Below, one piece after another: positions 1 through 10,458 of a stretch of DNA of 64,000 bases (positions within the stretch are counted from its first letter, which is position 1; each line of letters begins with the position of its first letter). The position numbers were made by a program, and so were the translations under genes. The stretch comes from Betaproteobacteria bacterium (GTDB taxonomy: Bacteria > Pseudomonadota > Gammaproteobacteria > Burkholderiales > SG8-39), in the NCBI GenBank assembly GCA_009693335.1, contig SHXK01000002.1, positions 339 through 64,338 on the forward strand. The letters run 5' to 3'. The notes under the pieces are model-generated. The model saw only the letters and a program-made list of their open reading frames with translations, was not told where the DNA came from and did no database searches.

Positions 1-2
1 AT

Positions 3-323
3 GTTATTGAGCGGCTGCGCGCGGCGCGCGAGCAAGCGCTCGCCAGGCGCAAGCCAGAGCGCGAGCCGGCGCTTGCCTGGGCCCGCGGTACAGCCGTCGC
101 CGTGATCGGCGGCTTCGGCGGCTTCAGCGGTTTTTCGGTCCGGCTACTGCTGCCGACGGCACTGCTGGTCGCCGGTTTGATCGCGATCTACAGCGGGCAG
201 CAGGAGCAACGCGCGGCCGACGTCGAGGAGCTCGACGCGCAGTTGCTGACTGACGATCTGCCGATCGACGCCTACCTGGATCGAGGTTTCGAGACGTGGC
301 TCAAGAAAATCTCCGCCAACTGA
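3..323 (+). CDS. DUF3619-like membrane protein, 5' end outside the window
   Basis: The frame is open from the window edge (VIERLRAAREQALARRKPE...) and continues into the listed ORF 102..323. It has one hydrophobic helix and sits directly upstream of a DUF3106-like gene, the usual beta-proteobacterial order downstream of an ECF sigma factor. Confidence 0.55.
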   Translation, partial: VIERLRAAREQALARRKPEREPALAWARGTAVAVIGGFGGFSGFSVRLLLPTALLVAGLIAIYSGQQEQRAADVEELDAQLLTDDLPIDAYLDRGFETWLKKISAN

Positions 324-814
324 CGCGCAAGGTCGCGGCGGCGCTGCTGCTTTGTGCGCTGGCGGCGACTTCCGTGTTCGCAGCGCCCAAGGACAGGGGT
401 CCGCAGTGGGCCTCGCTCACGGCCGACCAGCAACAGGTGCTAGCGCCGCTCGCCGGCGAATGGAACAAGCTCAGCCTGCGGCACAAGGCGAAGTGGCTCG
501 GCATCGCCAAGCGCTATCCAGCGATGAAGAACGAAGAACAGAAGCGTGCGCAGAGCCGCATGCAGCACTGGGCCAAGCTCACCCCTGAGCAACGCTGGCA
601 GGCGCGCGAGCAGTACCGCAGCATCGGCAAGCTCGCGCCCGATCGGCGGGAGGAATTGCGCAGGTACTGGGCCGAATATCAGGCGCTGCCGCCGCACGAA
701 AAGCGCATGTTCGACGTGCCGCCCAGCTATCTGCCTCCGGCCGAGCGCAGACAGCGCGCCACGTCTGCCAAGAAAAAACCAGTCCCCGCCTACGTCCTTC
801 CTGCGTCGCTGTGA
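296..814 (+). CDS. DUF3106-like periplasmic protein
   Basis: GTG start overlaps the upstream gene. Signal peptide AALLLCALAATSVFAAP, then repeated W/R/Q-rich helices (KWLGIAKRYP, QHWAKLTPEQRWQAREQY, RRYWAEYQALPP). Confidence 0.6.
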   Translation: MAQENLRQLTRKVAAALLLCALAATSVFAAPKDRGPQWASLTADQQQVLAPLAGEWNKLSLRHKAKWLGIAKRYPAMKNEEQKRAQSRMQHWAKLTPEQRWQAREQYRSIGKLAPDRREELRRYWAEYQALPPHEKRMFDVPPSYLPPAERRQRATSAKKKPVPAYVLPASL

Positions 815-1266
815 GCGGCGCTCCAGCAGCGCACGCCGTTCCGGTACCGGCTGACGCTGCCCCTGGCTTTTGCCGGCGCTTGGCCAGCATGCTGTACGAG
901 GCCATCCTCTTGTTCTCGATCGCCTTCCTCGCCACTTGGGTGTTCCAGTTCGCCGTCGGAACGCTACGCATTGAAGGCTGGCGCATGCACCTACTGCAGA
1001 TTTTCCTGCTGGCGGTGTTCGCGGTTTATTTCCTCTGGTGCTGGCTGCGCGGCGGGCAGACGCTCGCCATGAAGACCTGGCGTATCCGGCTGGTCGCCAA
1101 GGACGGGCATGGGCGCCTGCCACCGAAAACCGCCCTGCTGCGCTTCATCTACGCCCTGCTGCTGGTGCCCACGCTGATCGGTGTCTGCTGGGCCTGGGTC
1201 GACCGCGACGGCCAGTTCCTGCATGATCGTCTCGCCGGCAGCCTGCTGATTCCGGTTGCCTGCTAA
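811..1266 (+). CDS. RDD family membrane protein
   Basis: GTGA start/stop overlap with the upstream gene. RDD-type layout: GFCRRLASMLYEAILL, TM helices, GQTLAMKTWRIRLV, FLHDRLAG. Confidence 0.75.
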   Translation: MSGAPAAHAVPVPADAAPGFCRRLASMLYEAILLFSIAFLATWVFQFAVGTLRIEGWRMHLLQIFLLAVFAVYFLWCWLRGGQTLAMKTWRIRLVAKDGHGRLPPKTALLRFIYALLLVPTLIGVCWAWVDRDGQFLHDRLAGSLLIPVAC

Positions 1267-2375
1267 CCCCGCAGCCGCACCCAGATCGGGCGCAAGCGCT
1301 CGATCCACAGCATCATCAGGATGGCGGCACTCAGAAACAGCAGGCTCGGCACTGCCGCCGCAGCCACCGGCGGCCACTGCTGCAGTAGCCCGATGTGCGA
1401 GAACAGGCTGTTCAACATGTGGAAGAAAATCCCCAGCATGATGCCGAGGAAAACCTTGATGCCGACCATCCCCGAGCGCGCGTGCATGTAGGCGAAAGGC
1501 AGCGCCAGCGCCATCATCACCAGCGTCGCGAGCGGGTAGAAAAGCTTCTTCCACAAAGCGATTTCGTAGCGCTCGGTCTTCTGCCGGTTGCTGGCCAAGT
1601 GTTGCAGGTACTTGTACAGTTTCCAGGCCGACATGCGTTCGGGCACCACGATCAGCACGTTCAGAAGGTCCGGGCTCATCGCCGAGCGCCAATCGACCTC
1701 GGGAGAGCGGGCAGTGGTCGGCCCGGCGGCGCCGAACATGGTCTGGGAGACGTTCAACAGACGCCATCTGCCGGCGCCTGCATACTCGCCACGCGCCGCC
1801 TCGGTCACTTGGCGCAAGTGGTAGGCCGTATCGAATTCGTAAATCCGTACGCCGCCAAGCACATTCGCCTCGCGCACCTCGCGCACGTTGATGAACGAGC
1901 GCTCATCCTTGAACCAGAGCCCGGAGGAAAGTCCGCTCCCAATCAGTGACAGTATCGCCTGCATCCGCACCTTCTGCGCCGCCTCAGCGGTGAAGGGCGA
2001 GATCCACTCACCGATGGCGAAAGTAGCGGCCACGAAGGCGAGCCCGACCTTCGCCAATATCGCGCCCGCGCGCAACGGCGACAAGCCTGCCGCGCGCATG
2101 ACGGTGTACTCGGAGTTGCTCGACAAGTGCGCCAGCACGTACAGAGTGCCGATCAGCACCGCCACCGGGAACAGTTCGTAGGCGTGCGCCGGGATCCACA
2201 ACGCGACCACGGTGAAGATCTGGCGCAACTGATAATCGCCATTGCCGAGGTCGCGCAATTCCGAGATCAAGTCGAAAAAGGCAAACAGTGCGAGAAAGCC
2301 GAGCAGCACGAAACCTACCGCGCCGTAGATCTGGCGCGCGAGGTAGCGCTCGAGGGTCGGGATGCGGCTGGTCAT
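1263..2375 (-). CDS. lptG: LPS export ABC permease LptG
   Basis: The listed ORF 1263..2669 was trimmed to the ATG at 2375 (MTSRIPTLERYLARQIYGAV...), which overlaps the lptF stop as ATGA. YjgP/YjgQ permease pattern, paired with lptF. Confidence 0.9.
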   Translation of the reverse strand: MTSRIPTLERYLARQIYGAVGFVLLGFLALFAFFDLISELRDLGNGDYQLRQIFTVVALWIPAHAYELFPVAVLIGTLYVLAHLSSNSEYTVMRAAGLSPLRAGAILAKVGLAFVAATFAIGEWISPFTAEAAQKVRMQAILSLIGSGLSSGLWFKDERSFINVREVREANVLGGVRIYEFDTAYHLRQVTEAARGEYAGAGRWRLLNVSQTMFGAAGPTTARSPEVDWRSAMSPDLLNVLIVVPERMSAWKLYKYLQHLASNRQKTERYEIALWKKLFYPLATLVMMALALPFAYMHARSGMVGIKVFLGIMLGIFFHMLNSLFSHIGLLQQWPPVAAAAVPSLLFLSAAILMMLWIERLRPIWVRLRG

Positions 2376-3466
2376 GAGTGCGTACCGCGCGAGCGTCGCC
2401 AGGGAATCCGGATCAGCGACATGCGCTGCGCGAACAGCACCAGCAACACCAGCAGCATTGCGGCATGCACCAGCCAGCAAGCGGTGGAGAACGCCAGCTT
2501 GCCCTGCGCAACCCAAGCCTGACTTATCGAGAGCAGGTTTGAATACACAACGTAGGTCAGCAGCGCGAACAACAGGTTCACCGAACGCCCGGCGCGCGGA
2601 TTGACGAAGCTCAGCGGGATCGCCAGCAGCGCCAGAATCAGCGCCGAGACCGGCATGCCGACGCGCCACAGCAGCTCACCCAAGTTACTACGGGTCGGGT
2701 TCTCGACCAAGCCCAGCGTGGAGGTGCTCTTGTGCGTAGCCACCGGTTCGTCGCCCTCCTTGGTCTGGATGCGCGTGGCGTAGCGCTCGAACTCCATGAG
2801 GCGGAAATCCGCCTCTCCGGGCGTGCTTTCGTAGCGCCGGCCGGAGAGCAGCACCATGAAGCGATCGGCGTTGGGTGCATACTCGACGAAACCGCGCTCG
2901 CTGACCATCACGCCGGTGCGGCGGTGCTGAGTCGAATTTACGAACACGTTCTGCACCGAGTTCTTGTCGCCGGTGATGGATTCGACGAAGAACACGCGCA
3001 TGCCGCCGCGCGACTCGCCAAAAACACCTGGCTCGACGCGCGAGATGTCATCGCGTGCATCGACGCGACCGCGATAATGCTCGCTCTTTTGCGCAGCCCA
3101 AGGCGAGATGAAGAAGGACAAGGCCGCGATGACCAGCACCAGCGGCGCGGCGAAAATCAGCACCGGTCGGATCCAGGCAGCGAGCGACAAACCGGAGTTG
3201 AACCAGATCACCATCTCCGAATCCCGCCAGCCACGACTGAGCGCGAGCAGCACGGTGATGAACAAGGTGAGGGACAACAGCACCGGCAGTTGATTGAGCG
3301 CCGAGAAGCCCAGAAAAGCCAGCACCGCGTCCGATGGAATATTGCCGCCGGCGGCCTGGCCGAGTAGCCGGATCAGGCGCGTCGTCAGCGCGATCAGGAA
3401 CAGTGAAAGGAACACTGCGACGGCCAGATTGGCGAACTCCCGCAGCAGCGTACGAAGGAAGATCAT
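2372..3466 (-). CDS. lptF: LPS export ABC permease LptF
   Basis: The listed ORF was trimmed to the ATG at 3466 (MIFLRTLLREFANLAVAVF...). YjgP/YjgQ family, divergent from pepA as in most proteobacteria. Confidence 0.9.
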   Translation of the reverse strand: MIFLRTLLREFANLAVAVFLSLFLIALTTRLIRLLGQAAGGNIPSDAVLAFLGFSALNQLPVLLSLTLFITVLLALSRGWRDSEMVIWFNSGLSLAAWIRPVLIFAAPLVLVIAALSFFISPWAAQKSEHYRGRVDARDDISRVEPGVFGESRGGMRVFFVESITGDKNSVQNVFVNSTQHRRTGVMVSERGFVEYAPNADRFMVLLSGRRYESTPGEADFRLMEFERYATRIQTKEGDEPVATHKSTSTLGLVENPTRSNLGELLWRVGMPVSALILALLAIPLSFVNPRAGRSVNLLFALLTYVVYSNLLSISQAWVAQGKLAFSTACWLVHAAMLLVLLVLFAQRMSLIRIPWRRSRGTHS

Positions 3467-3500
3467 GCGATACTTGCAGTGAAAACAATAGGAGAATTTA

Positions 3501-5057
3501 GTGGAATTTAGCATACGCGCATTAGCGCCCGAGAAAGCGAAAACCGGCTGCCTGGTACTGGCGGTATTTGCGGCACCTTCCGGCGCGCAGCCGGCACTAG
3601 GCGCGCCCGTGCTCATGCGCACCACGCAACTCGCGGACCAAGCAGCCGCGGGCGCATTGCGTCGCGTGCTTGCCCAGGGCGATCTCGCCCGCAAGGCCGG
3701 CGCCACTTTGCTGCTGCAGAAAATTCCGGGGCTTGCCGCCGAGCGTGTGCTGCTGGTCAGCTTGGGCGAACACGACGATTTCAACGTCACGGCCTTTCGT
3801 GAAGCCGTACGCGGCGCCGCCACAGCCTTGAAGAGCCTCGGCGCCAGGGATGCCGTGCTTCCAGTAGCAGATTTCGCCGTCAGCAGTCGAGGCCTGCCCT
3901 GGACCGTGCGTCATGCAATCCTCGGCATACGCGAGGTGTTTTACCGTTTCGACCAGTTGCAAACCCAGAAAAAACCCGCCGCCCCCGTGCTTGCTGCGCT
4001 GACCCTGGCGATCACTGGCGCTCCGGTAACGCTGCGGCTCCAAGCCGAGAAAAAGGTGCTGCGCGAAGGGCAGTTGGCGCTCAGGGAGGCGGTAGCGACG
4101 GCCGACGGCGTCGATCTGGCGCGTACGCTCGGTAACCTGCCGCCCAACCTGTGCACCCCGTCCTACCTCGCCGACCAGGCGAAGAAGCTCGCCAAGCAAT
4201 TCAAGCTTGGCATCGAAGTTCTTGAGCGGCGCGACATGGAGAAGCTCGGCATGGGGGCGCTGCTGGCCGTGACGCGCGGTTCGCACCAACCGCCCAAGCT
4301 GATCGTGCTGCACTACAGCGGCGCCGGAGAAAAGAAAAAACCCCTGGTATTGGTCGGCAAAGGCATTACTTTCGATACTGGCGGCATATCGCTCAAGCCC
4401 GGCGGCGAGATGGATGAAATGAAGTTCGACATGTCGGGGGCTGGCAGCGTCCTGGGCGTGATCCACGCCTTGGCCGGCATGCGCGCGCCGGTGAACGTCA
4501 TCGGCGTGATTCCAGCCTGCGAGAACATGCCTGGCGGCGCGGCCACCCGGCCCGGCGACGTGGTCACGACCCTATCCGGGCAGACGGTCGAAATCCTCAA
4601 TACCGACGCGGAAGGCCGCCTGATCCTGTGCGACGCCCTCACCTACGCCGAGCGCTTCAATCCACAGGCCATGGTGGACATCGCCACGCTGACCGGCGCT
4701 TGCGTGATCGCCCTGGGCCACGTGGCAACCGGCCTCTTTGCCAACGACCAGAAGCTCGCCGACGAAATCCTCGCCGCCGGCGATGACGCTTGGGACCGCG
4801 TTTGGCAAATGCCGTTGTGGGAGGACTACCAGGAGCAACTGCGCTCCAATTTTGCCGACATGGCAAACATCGGCGGCCGACCGGCCGGCAGCGTCACTGC
4901 GGCCTGCTACCTGGCGCGCTTCACGCGCAAGCAGAAGTGGGCTCATCTGGACATTGCGGGCACCGCCTGGCGCAGCGGCAAGGACAAGGGTTCAACCGGG
5001 CGGCCGGTGCCGCTGCTGGTCCGCTTGGCGCTACGCAGGGCGGGTTCCAGGGCTTGA
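3501..5057 (+). CDS. pepA: Leucyl aminopeptidase (M17)
   Basis: M17 signature NTDAEGRLILCDAL plus VGKGITFDTGGISLKP. Conserved lptF / pepA-holC synteny. Confidence 0.95.
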   Translation: MEFSIRALAPEKAKTGCLVLAVFAAPSGAQPALGAPVLMRTTQLADQAAAGALRRVLAQGDLARKAGATLLLQKIPGLAAERVLLVSLGEHDDFNVTAFREAVRGAATALKSLGARDAVLPVADFAVSSRGLPWTVRHAILGIREVFYRFDQLQTQKKPAAPVLAALTLAITGAPVTLRLQAEKKVLREGQLALREAVATADGVDLARTLGNLPPNLCTPSYLADQAKKLAKQFKLGIEVLERRDMEKLGMGALLAVTRGSHQPPKLIVLHYSGAGEKKKPLVLVGKGITFDTGGISLKPGGEMDEMKFDMSGAGSVLGVIHALAGMRAPVNVIGVIPACENMPGGAATRPGDVVTTLSGQTVEILNTDAEGRLILCDALTYAERFNPQAMVDIATLTGACVIALGHVATGLFANDQKLADEILAAGDDAWDRVWQMPLWEDYQEQLRSNFADMANIGGRPAGSVTAACYLARFTRKQKWAHLDIAGTAWRSGKDKGSTGRPVPLLVRLALRRAGSRA

Positions 5058-5497
5058 CCTCGATCGACTTCTATTTCAACGCGGGCGACCGGTTGGCTAT
5101 CGCCTGTCGGCTCGCGGGCAAGGCGCTGCGGCAGAAAAAGCGCGTGCTGATCTACGCAGCGCAAATGGAAGTGGCGCAGAAGATTGACCGCCTGCTGTGG
5201 GCCTCGCAGGCGGTTTCTTTCATTCCGCACTGCTACACGCATGACCCCTTGGCCGCCGCTACGCCTATCCTGATCGCTGTCGGCGACACGCCGATGGCGT
5301 CACCGAACGCCGCCTGCGAGGTGCTGCTCAACCTCGCCACCGTATGCCCACCTTTCTTCGAGCGCCATGAGCGCCTGCTGGAAGTCGTGACGCAAGATGA
5401 CGAGGACAAGCTCGCCGGCCGGGCACGCTATGCGTTCTACCGCGACCGAGGTTACGCGATCCGTAATCACGACCTCTCAGGTCAGGAGCACGGATGA
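5054..5497 (+). CDS. holC: DNA polymerase III chi subunit
   Basis: The in-frame TTG at 5054 overlaps the pepA TGA (TTGA). The N-terminus LTSIDFYFN...KRVLIYA...ALW-type pattern is HolC-like. The longer listed ORF 4790..5497 would overlap pepA. Confidence 0.8.
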   Translation: MTSIDFYFNAGDRLAIACRLAGKALRQKKRVLIYAAQMEVAQKIDRLLWASQAVSFIPHCYTHDPLAAATPILIAVGDTPMASPNAACEVLLNLATVCPPFFERHERLLEVVTQDDEDKLAGRARYAFYRDRGYAIRNHDLSGQEHG

Positions 5498-5850
5498 CTC
5501 AAAAGCCGAGTCAAGGCCGGGACCCCAACCGGCTGTTCGAGCGCGTCGACGCGCTGATGAAGCGACAGCAGGAAAGCTGGCAGCGGACAGCCGAAGAGGT
5601 GCCGTTGCTGACCGAGATCGTCGAGTCCGACCCCGGGGAAGCGTCGCCGGAAGTGCTGGCGAGAGAAAAAACATTTGCGGCGGACATCGAACGGGTACTG
5701 GTGTTGCGCCTCCTTGCCGAGATGAACCAGCAGGTTGCCACCCTGCGCGCCGAACTGGAAAGGACATTGCGCCGCTCGGTGCGCATAGCGGTCGAGCACG
5801 CGTTCGCGGCACCCAAGGCAACCGCAGACAAACCCGTCGTCGGGGAGTAA
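5494..5850 (+). CDS. Hypothetical small protein between holC and valS
   Basis: ATGA overlap with the holC stop and coding-like codon usage. No recognisable motif. Confidence 0.5.
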   Translation: MTQKPSQGRDPNRLFERVDALMKRQQESWQRTAEEVPLLTEIVESDPGEASPEVLAREKTFAADIERVLVLRLLAEMNQQVATLRAELERTLRRSVRIAVEHAFAAPKATADKPVVGE

Positions 5851-5880
5851 CAGGGGAACCTCCGTTCCCCTGTTCCTGGC

Positions 5881-8682
5881 ATGGCGCTCGATAAAAGCTT
5901 CGATCCACACGCGGTAGAGAGCCGCTGGTACGCGCGCTGGGAAGCCTCGGGCTGGTTCGCGGCCGCGGGGGAAAACGCAACGCCGGAGTCGCCGGCAGCG
6001 CCCGCCTACTGTATTCAGCTCCCGCCACCCAACGTCACCGGTACGCTGCACATGGGGCACGCGTTCCAGCAAACGCTCATGGATGCTCTGATCCGCTACC
6101 ACCGGATGCGCGGCGACAACACCAACTGGGTGGCCGGCACTGATCACGCCGGCATCGCCACCCAGATCGTGGTCGAGCGTCAGTTGCAGGAAGAAGGCAA
6201 AACGCGCCACCACCTTGGTCGCGAGGGCTTCGTCAAGCGCGCCTGGGAATGGAAGCAGGAATCGGGCGCCACCATCACGCGCCAGATGCGTCGCCTCGGC
6301 GCATCGTGCAACTGGACCTACGCCGACACGGAAGGCCAGAAAGCCGGCTACTTCACGATGGACGCGAATATGTCGCGCGCCGTAGTCGAGGTGTTTGTCC
6401 GCTTGCACGAGGAAGGCCTGATCTACCGCGGCCAGCGCCTGGTCAACTGGGACCCGCAGCTCGGCACCGCGGTCTCCGATCTTGAAGTCGATAGCGAAGA
6501 AGAGGACGGCAAGATCTGGGAGATTCGCTACCCCCTGGAGGATGGCGACGGCACAACAGCAGCTTCGGTGGTGGTGGCAACCACACGCCCCGAAACGATG
6601 CTTGGCGACGTGGCTATTGCAGTCCATCCCAAGGATGACCGGTATCGAGACCTGGTCGGCAAGCAGGTGCGCTTGCCGCTCACCGAACGGAAAATTCCCA
6701 TCATCGCGGATGACTACGTCGATCCAGCCTTTGGCACTGGCTGCGTCAAGATCACCCCGGCGCACGACTTCAACGACTATGCCATCGGTCAGCGCCATCA
6801 GCTGCCGCTGATCCAGATCCTGACGCTCGAGGCGAAGATCAAGGGCACGGCCTATGCGGGACTCGATCGCTTCGAGGCGCGCAAGAAGGTTCTAGAGGAC
6901 CTGAAAGCGCAGAATTTCTTGGTTGCGGAGAAGCCCTACAAGCTGCGTGTGCCGCGTTCGGGCCGCACCGGCGTGATCGTCGAGCCGATGCTCACCGACC
7001 AGTGGTTCGTGAAGATGGAAGGCTTTGCGAAATCCAGCCTGCAGGCGGTGGCCCAGGGCGACGTGAAATTCTTTCCGCCGCATTGGACCTCGACCTACAA
7101 CCATTGGCTGGAGAACATCCAGGACTGGTGTATTTCGCGGCAGCTCTGGTGGGGTCACCAGATTCCCGCTTGGTATGACGAGCAGGGGCAGGTCTATGTA
7201 GGGAGAACCGAAGCGGAGGTTCTTGAGAAATACAAAATAAAAACAAAACTGACCAGAGATCCGGATGTCCTCGACACCTGGTTCTCGTCGCAGCTGGTGC
7301 CGTTCTCTTCGCTCGGCTGGCCGGAGAAAACCAAGGACCTCGAAACCTTTCTGCCCTCCTCGGTGCTGGTGACCGGCTTTGACATCATTTTCTTCTGGGT
7401 CGCCCGCATGATCATGGCGAGTCTGCACTTCACCGGCAAAGTGCCGTTCCGCCACGTCTACATCAACGCCATCGTGCGCGACGCCGAAGGCCAGAAAATG
7501 TCGAAGTCGAAGGGCAATACCCTGGACCCGCTCGACCTGATCGATGGCATCAAGCTGGAAGACCTGGTCGCCAAATCGACCCTCGGCCTGCTGCGTCCCG
7601 AGCACAAGGCGAAAATTGACAAGTACCTGCGCGCCCACTACCCGAACGGCATCCCGTCCTTCGGCGCCGATGCGCTGCGCTTCACCTTTGCCTCGCTGGC
7701 GAATTTCTCGCGCACCCTGAATTTCGACCTCGGCCGCTGTGAGGGCTACCGCAATTTCTGCAACAAACTCTGGAACGCGACCCGCTTCGTGTTGCTGAAC
7801 ACCGAGGGCCAGGACTGCGGCGCCGACGAGTCCCAACCGGTGGCGTTCTCGACCTGGGACCAGTGGATTATCAGCACCCTGCAGCGCACCGAGGCAGAGG
7901 TCGAAACAGGTTTCAGCAACTACCGCTTCGACAACGTCGCCACCGCGATCTACCGCTTCGTGTGGGACGAGTACTGCGATTGGTATGTTGAAATCGCCAA
8001 GCAACAGCTCGCCCGCGGCAACGAGGCCCAGCAGCGCGGCACGCGCCGCACGCTGCTGCGGGTGCTGGAGACGGTGCTGCGCCTTGCGCACCCGGTAATT
8101 CCCTTCATCACCGAGGAACTCTGGCAGGACGTCGCGCCGCTCGCCGGCAAGAAGGGCGACACCATCATGCTCGCGCCCTATCCAAAGAGTCAGCCGGAAA
8201 AAATCGACGCAGCGGCCGAAGCGGAAGTGGCGCTCGCCAAGCAGGTGGTCAACGCGGGCCGCAACCTGCGCAGCGAAATGAAAATTCCGCCTCAACAACG
8301 CATTATTTTGTATATTTCCGGCGAGTTATCTTCAGCGATCAGCAGCGCCTTGACCGCTCTTCTGCGCGTTTCGGAATTACGCAATCAGGAACTTCCCAAC
8401 TCCGATTCGCCGGTCGCCGTGGTCGGTCCGTATCGCCTGATGCCACACCTCGAGGTCGACCCGCTGGTGGAAAGGGGGCGCCTGCAGAAAGAAATCGCGC
8501 GTCTCGAAGGGGAGATCGCCAAAACGCACGCCAAGCTCGGCAACGCGTCGTTCGTCGAGCGCGCACCAGCCAAGGTGGTGGATCAGGAGCGCGCGCGGCT
8601 AGCCGGGTTTGCAGCGACTGTCAGCCAGTTGCGACAGCAACTCGACCGGCTCTCGGGCGGCGGTCTTACTTCTTCTTCATGA
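5881..8682 (+). CDS. valS: Valine--tRNA ligase
   Basis: Class I HIGH motif ([13 protein letters not shown]), KMSKS motif (QKMSKSKGN) and a C-terminal coiled coil. Confidence 0.97.
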   Translation: MALDKSFDPHAVESRWYARWEASGWFAAAGENATPESPAAPAYCIQLPPPNVTGTLHMGHAFQQTLMDALIRYHRMRGDNTNWVAGTDHAGIATQIVVERQLQEEGKTRHHLGREGFVKRAWEWKQESGATITRQMRRLGASCNWTYADTEGQKAGYFTMDANMSRAVVEVFVRLHEEGLIYRGQRLVNWDPQLGTAVSDLEVDSEEEDGKIWEIRYPLEDGDGTTAASVVVATTRPETMLGDVAIAVHPKDDRYRDLVGKQVRLPLTERKIPIIADDYVDPAFGTGCVKITPAHDFNDYAIGQRHQLPLIQILTLEAKIKGTAYAGLDRFEARKKVLEDLKAQNFLVAEKPYKLRVPRSGRTGVIVEPMLTDQWFVKMEGFAKSSLQAVAQGDVKFFPPHWTSTYNHWLENIQDWCISRQLWWGHQIPAWYDEQGQVYVGRTEAEVLEKYKIKTKLTRDPDVLDTWFSSQLVPFSSLGWPEKTKDLETFLPSSVLVTGFDIIFFWVARMIMASLHFTGKVPFRHVYINAIVRDAEGQKMSKSKGNTLDPLDLIDGIKLEDLVAKSTLGLLRPEHKAKIDKYLRAHYPNGIPSFGADALRFTFASLANFSRTLNFDLGRCEGYRNFCNKLWNATRFVLLNTEGQDCGADESQPVAFSTWDQWIISTLQRTEAEVETGFSNYRFDNVATAIYRFVWDEYCDWYVEIAKQQLARGNEAQQRGTRRTLLRVLETVLRLAHPVIPFITEELWQDVAPLAGKKGDTIMLAPYPKSQPEKIDAAAEAEVALAKQVVNAGRNLRSEMKIPPQQRIILYISGELSSAISSALTALLRVSELRNQELPNSDSPVAVVGPYRLMPHLEVDPLVERGRLQKEIARLEGEIAKTHAKLGNASFVERAPAKVVDQERARLAGFAATVSQLRQQLDRLSGGGLTSSS

Positions 8683-8893
8683 AAAACGTGAACTCGCCGT
8701 TCGCCTCGGACTGGGCGACCAGGGCATGGCCGGTCTGCTTGGCAAAGGTTTCGAAATCCCTCACCGAGCCGGGGTCGGTGGCAACGATCTTCAGCACCTG
8801 CCCGGAGTGCACGTCGGAGAGGGCCTTCTTGGCGCGCAGTATGGGCAGAGGGCAGTTCAAACCCCGCGTGTCGATTTCCTTGTCGTGCTGCAT
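8666..8893 (-). CDS. TusA-like sulfurtransferase / sulfur carrier
   Basis: 75 aa with the CPxP motif ([15 protein letters not shown]). The 3' end overlaps the valS 3' end by 17 nt. Confidence 0.8.
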   Translation of the reverse strand: MQHDKEIDTRGLNCPLPILRAKKALSDVHSGQVLKIVATDPGSVRDFETFAKQTGHALVAQSEANGEFTFFMKKK

Positions 8894-8924
8894 GGCATTC
8901 CTAATCTATCACGCGCCCGGACCA

Positions 8925-10394
8925 TCAGCGTTTGCGGGCGTCCTGTAAATCGCGCGCGTGCTCGGCACGCAACTCCTTAAGGCGCGCGTCCACCACCGAC
9001 TGGTCGTAGAAATTGCCGTCGCTCGAGGACTGCGCGAACTGCAGTTGCTCGATTGCCGCCGTCAAGCTGCCCTGCAGGAAGTAGAACTCCGCCTGCGCCT
9101 GGTGCTGCAGTAGGCGCTTGCCCTGGCCAGCGTAGGCCTTGGCCCGAGCTTGGTGCAGTTTCGGATCGCGCGGATAGAGGCGCTGTGGCTCGGCAAGCGT
9201 CGCCAGCACGGCGTCGTAACGGCCTTGATCCTGCAGGGTCCCGAGGATGGCGTAGAGGATAGGCCGGCGGTGTGGATAGCGCGCCAGCGCCGCTTGCAGG
9301 ACGGTGAGCGCGCCCGCCTGGTCGCCTAGCGCCAGCCGTACGCGCGCCGCCAGCGTCTCCACCATCGGGCTGGCGACTCCGCCCGCCCGCAGGCGGATGA
9401 TTTCCGCTTCCGCGCGCTTGGGCTCCTTGGCGCGCAGCAGCGCCAGCGCCAGCCCGTAGCGCGCCCCCGGCTCGTTGGCGTAGCGGCGGTCGTTCACCGC
9501 ATCGCTAAACGTTTGCACCGCTTCACGCACATCGGCCGCCTCGGCGCGCAGCTTGGCGCGCACCAAGTGGTATTCCAGCGGATCGGCGCGCTGCCGGTAA
9601 GGCAGGTTTTCAGCGCGGTTCTGCGCATCGGTGATCCGTTCGGTGGTCACCGGGTGGGTGCGCAGGTATCCGGGAATGTTGCCGCTATCCATGAGACGCG
9701 TGTGGCGCTGCAGCTTCTCAAAGAACGTGCCCATAGCGCGCGCATCGAAACCCGATCCCGCCAGGGCCTGGAAGCCGATGCGGTCGGCTTCACGTTCGAA
9801 GTCGCGGCTAAAGCCAAGCTGCGTCTGGACCGCGCCTCCCTGGGCCGCGGCCGCGGCGCCGCTGGCCAGGTCAGGCCGCGAACGCGCCAGCAAGATCGAA
9901 GCAACCATCGCGATCATCATCGGCAGCTGCATCTGCTTCTGGATGCCGATCTGGCGCGCGATGTGACGCTGCGTCACGTGCGCCATTTCATGGGCGATCA
10001 CCGAGGCGATCTCGGATTCATTGTCGGCGCTGCTGATCAGCCCGGTATGCACGCCGATGAAGCCACCGGGCAGCGCGAAGGCATTGATCGATGCATCGCG
10101 GAGGGCGAAAAATTCGAAATCCTGGCGCAAGCCTGTGCCGCCCCCTCCCAAGCGCGCGCCCAGAGCGTTCAGGTATTCAGCAACCTCGGGATCGTCCAGG
10201 TAGGACGGTTCGCGCAACTTGATGTCGCGCACGATCGATTCACCGATTTTGCGCTCGGTCGCGAGCGATAGTTCCGAGCCGCTGGAGTCGCCAAGATCGG
10301 GCAACTGCACAGGCAGCTGCACCGAAAAACTCTGCGCGAATGTCCGCGGCAGAAAGGCCAGAGACACCACCAGGAGCCAGACGAGGAAACGCAT
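8925..10394 (-). CDS. M48 family metalloprotease with C-terminal TPR repeats (BepA/YfgC-like)
   Basis: The listed ORF was trimmed to the ATG at 10394 (MRFLVWLLVVSLAFLPRTFAQ signal peptide). HEXXH motif (AHEMAHVTQRH) and a TPR-like C-terminal half. Confidence 0.85.
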   Translation of the reverse strand: MRFLVWLLVVSLAFLPRTFAQSFSVQLPVQLPDLGDSSGSELSLATERKIGESIVRDIKLREPSYLDDPEVAEYLNALGARLGGGGTGLRQDFEFFALRDASINAFALPGGFIGVHTGLISSADNESEIASVIAHEMAHVTQRHIARQIGIQKQMQLPMMIAMVASILLARSRPDLASGAAAAAQGGAVQTQLGFSRDFEREADRIGFQALAGSGFDARAMGTFFEKLQRHTRLMDSGNIPGYLRTHPVTTERITDAQNRAENLPYRQRADPLEYHLVRAKLRAEAADVREAVQTFSDAVNDRRYANEPGARYGLALALLRAKEPKRAEAEIIRLRAGGVASPMVETLAARVRLALGDQAGALTVLQAALARYPHRRPILYAILGTLQDQGRYDAVLATLAEPQRLYPRDPKLHQARAKAYAGQGKRLLQHQAQAEFYFLQGSLTAAIEQLQFAQSSSDGNFYDQSVVDARLKELRAEHARDLQDARKR

Positions 10395-10458
10395 CCGTTT
10401 ATGATACCGTTCCGATGGTCGAGTTCCCCGCAAGAACATGTGCTTACAGGAGGACGTT

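Noticed and set aside
4790-5053. N-terminal extension of holC from the ATG at 4790.
   Set aside because: It would overlap 264 nt of pepA out of frame. HolC homology begins at the TTG at 5054.
5482-6798. Long antisense or shadow ORFs. Examples: 5482..6798(-), 6892..8298(-), 17283..19379(+), 24266..25636(+), 27506..28711(+), 50091..51860(-), 52981..54132(-), 55182..56198(-), 60294..61391(+).
   Set aside because: Each lies opposite or out of frame to a gene with clear family motifs (valS, oxc, fhs, fdhA, FAH/AKR, D-aminoacylase, and others). Their products are Arg/Ala/Gly/Pro-rich with no motifs, which is the expected open-frame artefact of 65% GC DNA.
10395-10458. Moco riboswitch upstream of moaC.
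   Set aside because: The intergenic region is only about 64 nt, which is too short, and it lacks the conserved Moco RNA motif elements.
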